From: Acidimicrobiales bacterium
GTDB lineage: Bacteria > Actinomycetota > Acidimicrobiia > Acidimicrobiales > RAAP-2
DNA: 33,026 bases
Direction: 5' to 3'
Assembly (NCBI GenBank): GCA_036511635.1
Contig: DATCBX010000025.1
Coordinates: 1-33,026, forward strand
Below the pieces are notes generated by a model. That model made no database searches. It was not told the origin of the DNA and saw only the letters and a program-made list of their open reading frames with translations. The translations under genes and the position numbers were made by a program. This document shows, piece after piece, positions 26,438 through 33,026 of this stretch; position 1 is the stretch's first letter, and each line of letters starts with the position of its first letter.

Positions 26438-26698
26438 TTCACACCTTCTTCTGACTCCCTAACTCATTGTCAGGGGAGAAGGATGCAGGGTCTAGACGTC
26501 CTGAGGCGAACTGTAACACCGTTCGTGGGACAAAGAGCAAAAGATTTCAACTCTTCATAACTTCACAGAGTGTTCAAAACTCCCCGTTTTACTTGGTGGG
26601 AAAGGCCGATGAGTTGGAAGTGATGTTTTCCGTCTCTTTTCGGTCACTCAACTGACCCGTTGCGCGGTTTTCGACCTTTTGGTAGTCGCGAAGTCATA

Positions 26699-27778
26699 AT
26701 GGATGTCAACGAGCACTCGCAAAATGATGTTCGTACAACGCGACAACAAACTGAGACCGAAGCGATGAACAAGGTTCTTCAAACATTTGGATTGACGGCA
26801 CACGACGTGCTCGATGACGCGAACGGCATGAACGTCGGACGCGTCGTCATCGTTCACGGGGAGCGAGCCGAAGTCATCTGGTTGAGCGATGAGGGTGACG
26901 AAGTGCTTTCGCAATGTGACTTCGAAGCCAACTTGAACCTCGTACCCGTGGCGGGCGATTGGGTGGGCGTGCGTGAGGGGCGAATCGCTCGAGTGCTGCC
27001 GCGACGAAGTGAACTTCGTCGCCCCCACCCCAACGGTCGAGATGTCCAGATCCTTGCGGCGAACGTCGACCTCGTGTTGATCGTGGTCCCCGCCACTGTG
27101 GAACTCAACAGTCGACTACTCGAGCGACTGACGATCATGGCGCGCGACAGTGGCGCGCGACCATTTGTCGTCGTCACCAAGATCGATGCCGTTGGTGATC
27201 CTCGAATCTTCAGGGACGAGATTGTCCGCGAAGTCCCCGACGTTGACGTCGTGATGACGAGTTCGCTCACTGAAGAGGGAATTGACGTTTTGCGGGGTCT
27301 TTTGACTCAAGGCGTCACCGCGGTAATGCTCGGCGCGTCCGGGGCGGGCAAGACGTCATTGCTCAACGCTCTTGAAGGAAGCGACGAACTGACGCGAAGC
27401 GTCGCAAAGAGCGGCGAAGGTCGTCACGCCACCACCACACGCAAGCTCTATCGACTTTCTTCGGGTGGCGTGATGCTTGATATTCCAGGAATTCGACTCC
27501 TGGACGTCATGGTCGATCAAGAGAGTTTGGACAAGATGTTCGCGGACATTGAGGAGCTCGCGGCGCACTGTCGATTCAGAAACTGTCGTCACCGGGGCGA
27601 TGAAGGTTGCGCCGTTGAACGGGCCGTGGAGAGCGGGAAGCTAACGCTTCAACGTCTGAACGTGTGGCGAGAAATGCAATCAGAGATTCTCAACAACGAG
27701 CGATTACATGACCCAGTCGCGGCGGCCACTCAACGTAAACAACGTAATTCCTCGCCTAAGCGCACTCGCGATAAGTAG
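26699..27778 (+). CDS. rsgA: Ribosome small subunit-dependent GTPase A
   Basis: Circularly permuted G motifs TKID, GASGAGKT, GRHATT and DIPG; PVAGDWV; Q.LAANVD; Zn finger CRFRNCRH..DEGC. Alternative start at 26765. Confidence 0.92.
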   Translation: MDVNEHSQNDVRTTRQQTETEAMNKVLQTFGLTAHDVLDDANGMNVGRVVIVHGERAEVIWLSDEGDEVLSQCDFEANLNLVPVAGDWVGVREGRIARVLPRRSELRRPHPNGRDVQILAANVDLVLIVVPATVELNSRLLERLTIMARDSGARPFVVVTKIDAVGDPRIFRDEIVREVPDVDVVMTSSLTEEGIDVLRGLLTQGVTAVMLGASGAGKTSLLNALEGSDELTRSVAKSGEGRHATTTRKLYRLSSGGVMLDIPGIRLLDVMVDQESLDKMFADIEELAAHCRFRNCRHRGDEGCAVERAVESGKLTLQRLNVWREMQSEILNNERLHDPVAAATQRKQRNSSPKRTRDK

Positions 27779-27798
27779 ACGTCGACTTTTCATCGCAC

Positions 27799-27820
27799 GA
27801 GCGCCGCGTGACGCGGGCTC
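27799..27820. terminator. Hairpin between convergent genes
   Basis: GAGC-g-CCGCG-tga-CGCGG-GCTC followed by TTT. Confidence 0.45.
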
Positions 27821-27821
27821 T

Positions 27822-28394
27822 TTAGAACGACGGATCGCCCTTCCAAGAGAATCGATACGTCGTGGCCCGACCGTGCACCACGTAACGCACCGTCATGAGT
27901 GAGAAGAGCTTGCCCTTCGTCGTTGTCACCGGCGCCGAAAGAGTTACGCGGCTATTCGGGAAATAGCTCATTGGCGACGCAGCGCAGTACGGCGTGCAGA
28001 GATTCATAGCGAACGTCGTCGTGCCCGATGCTCTTGTTGCAGTCCACGACGACCAGTGGGTCTTTGTAAGTTGCGTGTTCGCGTCGGCACACGTAATGAC
28101 GAAAGCACGCGGTTCGACGACGGCGTTGCCGCGACACGTGATGATGCCAGATTTGGTGCTCGCTGCTGCAGAGAGACGCGCGTGTGCTGGTGTTGGCGTT
28201 GATGAGCCAAAGGCATTCATCGACGCGCCAGTAACGACGCCGCCAATCGCGAGCACGGCAACAACCGCGCCGAGCCACTTGAGACGACGACGCCGTTCGC
28301 GTCGTCGGGCTTCCTTGAACAAGACCTCGATGGTGTTGAACGTGGACGCTTCAACCGAAGTAGAGGCAGAATCTGGCGGGGCAACGGTCTGCAT
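27822..28394 (-). CDS. Membrane-anchored/secreted hypothetical protein with a 4-Cys extracellular domain
   Basis: LFKEARRRERRRRL, a TM helix, an S/T/P linker, then C....EP..FVITCADAN..L....WSSW...N.C.PYCA; ATG 28394 lies 7 nt after a consensus promoter. Confidence 0.8.
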   Translation of the reverse strand: MQTVAPPDSASTSVEASTFNTIEVLFKEARRRERRRRLKWLGAVVAVLAIGGVVTGASMNAFGSSTPTPAHARLSAAASTKSGIITCRGNAVVEPRAFVITCADANTQLTKTHWSSWTATRASGTTTFAMNLCTPYCAASPMSYFPNSRVTLSAPVTTTKGKLFSLMTVRYVVHGRATTYRFSWKGDPSF

Positions 28395-28430
28395 TGAATC
28401 TACTATAATTGTTTTTATGAGCTCTGTCAA
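28395..28430. promoter_or_regulatory. Overlapping divergent leaderless promoters
   Basis: Minus strand: TTGACA (28430-28425), 17 bp, TATAGT (28407-28402), 7 nt, ATG. Plus strand: TATAAT (28404-28409), 7 nt, ATG 28417. Confidence 0.7.
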
Positions 28431-28815
28431 TCCCGCCGAACGTGACGAAGAGGAAGCGCAGCTCGCACTGGTGCCTCTCGATCGAAGCGACCCGACGCTG
28501 TTGCACGAACAGGTGGCGGCAGAGATCCGTCGAGCAATTAGCGAAGGTGAAGCGGGCCCGGGCGAGCGAATTCCTCAAGCCAAAGACTTGGCAGCCGAAC
28601 TTGGCGTGAATACCAACACCGTGCTTCGAGCGTTGCGCGTACTGCGCGATGAAGGCTTGATAGAGATGGGACGAGGACGTTCGATTCGCGTGACAAATAC
28701 GCCCGAACGCGCGGTCGTCGCGGTGAAGTTGAAGGAACTTGTTGATCTGGCTCGCCAACAGGGATACCGACGCGACGAGCTCGTAGCGATGTTGCAAACG
28801 ATGCCCAGCCATTAG
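28417..28815 (+). CDS. GntR-family regulator (YtrA subfamily)
   Basis: LDRSDP.LLHEQVAAEIRRAI..G...PGERIP..KDLAAELGVN.NTVLRALR.LRDEGL...RGR, with a short helical C-terminus (ARQQGYRRDEL). Confidence 0.9.
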   Translation: MSSVNPAERDEEEAQLALVPLDRSDPTLLHEQVAAEIRRAISEGEAGPGERIPQAKDLAAELGVNTNTVLRALRVLRDEGLIEMGRGRSIRVTNTPERAVVAVKLKELVDLARQQGYRRDELVAMLQTMPSH

Positions 28816-28912
28816 GGCGAAGTGTCGGCGGACTTCGGGTTCTGGGCCGTGCCAGCAAGGGATCTTGGCGCCTGAAGATCAGTGGCCTTTCGACACCCAA
28901 TAAAGTGCTTTT

Positions 28913-30337
28913 ATGAGCACACCAATTCCCCCTTCGTCACTGGCCACGACCCTTGGAGCGCTACGAGCGTCGGGCTATGAGTCACGGACTATTAGGGACG
29001 AGATCCGACGCAATCTCGAGACTCGTCTCGCTGAGGGAATACCTCTCAGCACCTCGGTTGTTGGCTACGAAGACACGGTGTTGCCTCAGCTCGAGACGGC
29101 GTTACTCGCCGGGCACGACGTCATCCTTCTCGGCGAGCGAGGCCAAGCCAAGACGCGCATTATTCGCTCGCTGGTCGAGCTTCTCGACGAGTGGTTGCCT
29201 ATCGTGGCCGGTTCGGATATTCGTGACGACCCGTACAACCCAATCTCCGCCTTCGCCATCGATCTCGTGAGCGACAAGGGCGATAAGACGCCCGTCACGT
29301 GGGTGCACCGCACTCAACGCTTCGCCGAGAAACTAGCGTCGCCCGACACGTCCATGGCCGACCTCATTGGTGAAGTTGACCCCATCAAAGTGGCCAACGG
29401 TCTCTACCTCGATGACCCGAAAGCCTTGAGCTATGGCCTCGTGCCGAAGTCGAATCGCGGCATCTTTGCGATTAACGAGTTACCTGATCTTTCTGAGCGA
29501 ATTCAGGTCGGACTTCTCAACGTGCTCGAAGAGCGCGACGTTCAGATTCGTGGCCACTTAGTGCGACTCGAGCTCGACGTGTTGGTCGTGGCGACCGCCA
29601 ACCCAGAGGACTACACCAACCGCGGGCGTCTAATCACGCCTCTAAAGGACCGCTTCGGATCACAGATTCGCACGCACTATCCCTTGGACGTGACGACCGA
29701 GATCGCGATCATGCACCAAGAGGCACGACTACCGGTCGCGCCCGTTCCAATCAAGGTGCCCTGGTTCATCGACGACATCGTTGCTCGCGTCAGTCACGTT
29801 GCTCGTCGTAGCCACGTCATCAGCCAAAGTTCTGGCGTCTCAGTACGACTCTCAATCTCGAACTACGAGACCGTTGTCGCGAACGCGCTTCGACGAACGC
29901 TGCGTACCCGTGACTCCGTTGTCGTGCCGCGCGTGAGTGACCTAAGTGCCATGGTGCAGTCAACGCAAGGCAAGATCGAGTTCGACACCATGGACGACTC
30001 CGACGCCGATCAGGTCATCGCCGCGTTGGTTTCCCTCGCGGTGCGTCAGTGCTTTAGCGAGCACGTGTTGCTTGAAGAGGCGCCGGAAATCGTCGAGGCG
30101 TTTAACTCTGAAGCCATCGTGCACACCGGCGACGACCTACCTGACCAGGACTATCTCGCCGTGCTCGCGGCCATGCCCTCACTCAGCGTTCCCGTTGATC
30201 GCGTCGCTGGACCAGGCGCGAGTGACGGCGAGAAAGCTTCTGCCGTTGAGTTTGTTCTAGAGGGTCTCTACCTGACCAAGCGCCTCGCGAAGGACGCCTC
30301 AGGAGCACGGGCGCTCTATCGCTCGAGGAACCGTTAG
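28913..30337 (+). CDS. Mg-chelatase-like AAA+ ATPase (Rv0958 type)
   Basis: TLGALRASGY, LLGERGQAKTR, RGIFAINELPDL.ERIQVGLLNVLEERDVQIRG and ANPEDYTNRGR.ITPLKDRFG. Confidence 0.9.
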   Translation: MSTPIPPSSLATTLGALRASGYESRTIRDEIRRNLETRLAEGIPLSTSVVGYEDTVLPQLETALLAGHDVILLGERGQAKTRIIRSLVELLDEWLPIVAGSDIRDDPYNPISAFAIDLVSDKGDKTPVTWVHRTQRFAEKLASPDTSMADLIGEVDPIKVANGLYLDDPKALSYGLVPKSNRGIFAINELPDLSERIQVGLLNVLEERDVQIRGHLVRLELDVLVVATANPEDYTNRGRLITPLKDRFGSQIRTHYPLDVTTEIAIMHQEARLPVAPVPIKVPWFIDDIVARVSHVARRSHVISQSSGVSVRLSISNYETVVANALRRTLRTRDSVVVPRVSDLSAMVQSTQGKIEFDTMDDSDADQVIAALVSLAVRQCFSEHVLLEEAPEIVEAFNSEAIVHTGDDLPDQDYLAVLAAMPSLSVPVDRVAGPGASDGEKASAVEFVLEGLYLTKRLAKDASGARALYRSRNR

Positions 30338-32331
30338 TGCCCGTTCGTTACGGCTTTCGTCGCTTCGGAGAAGACGATGATTTCAACGACCTCGACGTCG
30401 AAGAAATGCTCGCGCATTTGGCCGACGACTTCATGGAGAGTGGCGATTTAGACGACGCGATGGACCGACTCCTACGCGAGGGCTACACCACTGAAGACGG
30501 CGAGCGCGTCGAGGGACTTAGAGAGCTCCTCGAACGTACGCGAGCGAAGCGTCGCGAGCTCGAACAACAGGCTGACCCCGACGGTGAAATGCAGCGCTTC
30601 CGCGACTGGCTTAACGAGATCGAAGAAATCGAGGACGCGGAGATCGAAGAGCTTCTTGCTGACGCTGAAGCATCTGATGACGATCGCAGAAAAGAAGTCA
30701 CGAGCGACCTCGTTGATCAAAAGAAGTTGCAACGAGGTCTCATGAGTGACCGCCTCAGTGATCGACTCGGTGAGTATCGCGACTACGAGTTTGTTTCGTC
30801 CAAGGCGCGCGAAGAGTTCGAAGAGTTGCTGAGTGAACTCGAGCGCGACGTGCTCGACACGTACTTCGAGAAGAGTAAAGAGTTCATGGGTCGCCCCGAT
30901 CCCGACGAGATTGAGCGCATGCGCGACATGATGGACGCGCTCTCGACGATGATCGAGCAAGATCGACGGGGCGAAGAACTCGATCCCACGTTTGAGAGCT
31001 TCATGGAGAAGTTCGGCGATTTTTTCCCGGGTGCCGAGAGTCTCGAGGACGTCATCCAGGCCATGGCCGAGCGAGCCGCCGCCGCCGAGGCGATGTTCAA
31101 CTCGCTCTCCTCAGAACAACAAGGCGAGTTGCGCTCGCTGTTTGACCAGATGATGCAGAACATGGAGTTGAACTTCTCCATGAATCGGCTTGTCTCGAAT
31201 CTGCGCCAAGCCACCCCTGATCTCGACTGGAATCGAGCACACCGTATGCGTGGCCAGGACGGCTCACCCTTCGCGCAGGCCGCCTCAGTGGCCGAACAGT
31301 TGGGTCAGCTAAAGGGACTCGAGGAGTTCCTCGGCCAAAGCAACGCTGCTCAAGGGCTCCCTGAGGTCGACGTAGAAGCTGTTCGCCGCAACTTAGGTGA
31401 CGACGCCGCACGACACGTCCAACGTCTTCAAAAGGCGCTGCAGGGCCTCAAGGACCAGGGCTTCATCGATCGAAAAGGCAATCGACTGCAACTGAGCGCG
31501 AAGGGTATCCGCAAGATCGGGCAGATTGCCCTCAAGGACATCTTTAACAAGTTAAGCGACTCATCAACCGTTGGTGCTCATCCGGTGGCGACGTTGGCTC
31601 GAGGCGGCGACCGCGAAGAGACGTCAAAACCGTGGGAACCAGGCGAAGCGTTCGCTCTGCATTTGCCTAAGACCCTTCGTAACGCGCTCCTTCGCCAAGG
31701 TCCCGGCACGCCGCTTCGTTTGCACCCCGATGACTTCGAAGTTGAAGAGTACGAGGCCACGCGACGCTCGGCGACGGTCATCGCCATCGACCTCTCGCTC
31801 TCGATGGCGATGCGCGGCAATCTCATGCCAGCTAAAAAAATGGTGCTCGCGCTCACCCAGTTGATTCGCTCCAAATTCCCTCGCGACTTTGTTGCCGTCG
31901 TGGGATTTGGCGAGCGGGCCCAAGAGCTCAAGATCGAAGACGTGCCCGCGCTCACCATTGACTACAACTACGGCACCAATCTCCAACACGCGCTGGCACT
32001 CAGTCGCCATTTGCTTCGAAACGAGCGAGGCGAGCGTCAGATCGTGGTCGTCACCGACGGCGAGCCCACGGCGCACTTAACGGCCTCGGGTGAGCCGTTC
32101 TTTTCGTGGCCCCCGGTGCAAGAAACCCTGGAAAAGACCATGGCTGAGGTGCTTCGTTGCACCAAGGCAGGGATCATTATCAACACGTTTGCCCTCGATA
32201 TCGAGCGCAGCCAGTTCCCCTTTGTCGAGCAGATTGCCCGCGTCAACGGGGGACGGCTCTTCTACACCGACGTTGATGATCTTGGCACCTACGCCTTGGA
32301 CGACTTCGTAAAACACCGTAAAGCCGGTTAA
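30337..32331 (+). CDS. VWA domain protein (Rv0959 type), partner of the AAA+ ATPase
   Basis: Acidic helical N-terminus; MIDAS DLSLSM ... GTN ... VTDGEPTAH; the start overlaps the ATPase stop. Confidence 0.9.
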   Translation: MPVRYGFRRFGEDDDFNDLDVEEMLAHLADDFMESGDLDDAMDRLLREGYTTEDGERVEGLRELLERTRAKRRELEQQADPDGEMQRFRDWLNEIEEIEDAEIEELLADAEASDDDRRKEVTSDLVDQKKLQRGLMSDRLSDRLGEYRDYEFVSSKAREEFEELLSELERDVLDTYFEKSKEFMGRPDPDEIERMRDMMDALSTMIEQDRRGEELDPTFESFMEKFGDFFPGAESLEDVIQAMAERAAAAEAMFNSLSSEQQGELRSLFDQMMQNMELNFSMNRLVSNLRQATPDLDWNRAHRMRGQDGSPFAQAASVAEQLGQLKGLEEFLGQSNAAQGLPEVDVEAVRRNLGDDAARHVQRLQKALQGLKDQGFIDRKGNRLQLSAKGIRKIGQIALKDIFNKLSDSSTVGAHPVATLARGGDREETSKPWEPGEAFALHLPKTLRNALLRQGPGTPLRLHPDDFEVEEYEATRRSATVIAIDLSLSMAMRGNLMPAKKMVLALTQLIRSKFPRDFVAVVGFGERAQELKIEDVPALTIDYNYGTNLQHALALSRHLLRNERGERQIVVVTDGEPTAHLTASGEPFFSWPPVQETLEKTMAEVLRCTKAGIIINTFALDIERSQFPFVEQIARVNGGRLFYTDVDDLGTYALDDFVKHRKAG

Positions 32332-32396
32332 TCAAACTACCTTTCACCAGGTGGTTTGAAAATTCAATTTGCTATTTGTTCAGAATCCCGCAACAA

Positions 32397-32424
32397 TGAC
32401 ACCGTTGTAATTACATCGGTGGCA
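32397..32424. promoter_or_regulatory. 28-bp imperfect palindrome upstream of whiB containing GACAC
   Basis: TGACACCGTTGTAA|TTACATCGGTGGCA, with 12 of 14 pairs complementary. Confidence 0.55.
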
Positions 32425-32449
32425 CTGGCCCCGAGCGGGAGGAAACAAC

Positions 32450-32725
32450 GTGGAAATCGTCGAACTCTTAAGCGGTATGGAAGATCGTGGATGGCAAGCT
32501 CGTTCGAACTGCATGGGCGTTGACCCCGACCTCTTTTTTCCTGAGCGTGGTGCGTCTACCCGCGAGGCCAAAGAGGTGTGTCGCGGTTGCGTGGTGCGTG
32601 AGGACTGCCTCGAATACGCCCTCGACAACGGCGAAAAGTTCGGAATTTGGGGTGGCATGAGCGAGCGCGAGCGTCGCCGCCTTCGCCGGGCCCGCGCCCT
32701 TGAAAGGCGCGCACAGGCCGGTTGA
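32450..32725 (+). CDS. whiB: WhiB-family Fe-S transcription factor (WhiB/WhiB2-like)
   Basis: WQARSNC..VDPDLFFPERG.STREAK.VC..C.VR..CLEYAL...EKFGIWGGMSERERR; four Cys; RBS GGAGGA. Confidence 0.95.
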   Translation: MEIVELLSGMEDRGWQARSNCMGVDPDLFFPERGASTREAKEVCRGCVVREDCLEYALDNGEKFGIWGGMSERERRRLRRARALERRAQAG

Positions 32726-32729
32726 CGTA

Positions 32730-33026
32730 CTACGTGAGGCGGGCCTCGATGGTCGCCTCAAGACTCAGTCCGAGCTGCTCCCAACGAGTGGAGTCTTGCG
32801 CTCGAACTACTGCTTCGGGGACCAATCCAACCAGTTCACAGCGTTCGATCACGCCATTTCTGAGGCGTCGCGCGACGTCGTCGTAGACGACCGATGGCCC
32901 GACGTTGTAAGGGTCAATCAGGTTGCAACTGACCTGGACGACGTCGCCCACCTCGAAGGCGAGCGAGCGCACCTCGGGTCCTCTAATTTCCATCGCGATC
33001 TCTTTCGCTTCAGCGATCGTCACGTC
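32730..33026 (-). CDS. Glutamate formiminotransferase, C-terminal part (5' end outside window)
   Basis: A..IA..IR...VR.L......VQVSCNL.D and IE..ELVGLVP...L......E.RL match the formiminotransferase C-terminal subdomain. Confidence 0.8.
   Translation of the reverse strand, partial: DVTIAEAKEIAMEIRGPEVRSLAFEVGDVVQVSCNLIDPYNVGPSVVYDDVARRLRNGVIERCELVGLVPEAVVRAQDSTRWEQLGLSLEATIEARLT

Noticed and set aside
27994-28416. 141-aa N-terminal extension of GntR (273-aa ORF)
   Set aside because: It is antisense to the secreted-protein gene; the GntR domain and a -10 box support a start at 28417.
28913-30337. Photosynthetic magnesium chelatase
   Set aside because: No bchH/chlH or pigment genes are present; the sequence matches the Rv0958-type ATPase paired with a VWA protein.

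Overview
GC-rich actinobacterial chromosome segment; the gene content and protein styles suggest Acidimicrobiia (inference). Left to right: the 3' end of furA and katG; a convergent heme operon hemE-hemH-hemG (coproporphyrin-dependent route); a small accessory patch containing a stand-alone, catalytically intact IS607-like tnpB with a structured ~210-nt downstream RNA candidate, a ComB-like phosphatase and an IS5 remnant; helD; ctaE-qcrCAB; hutH plus a YbhB/PEBP gene; an RHH regulator plus DUF4097 pair with a phased operator array; a quinone oxidoreductase, a 2-hydroxyacid dehydrogenase and a glycerate kinase; a minus-strand general-stress-like cluster (DUF6458-like, 23-aa membrane peptide, csbD, possible 25-aa peptide, HO-like diiron enzyme, NRAMP, YihY); rsgA; a divergent leaderless pair (secreted protein and GntR); an AAA+/VWA pair; whiB; and the 3' end of a formiminotransferase. 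I saw no rRNA, tRNA or CRISPR array. Most of the window is ordinary housekeeping DNA. The best leads are the solo TnpB/omegaRNA unit (with a promoter-like motif shared with its neighbour) and the small-protein/diiron-enzyme cluster. All family calls come from motif recognition, not database searches.
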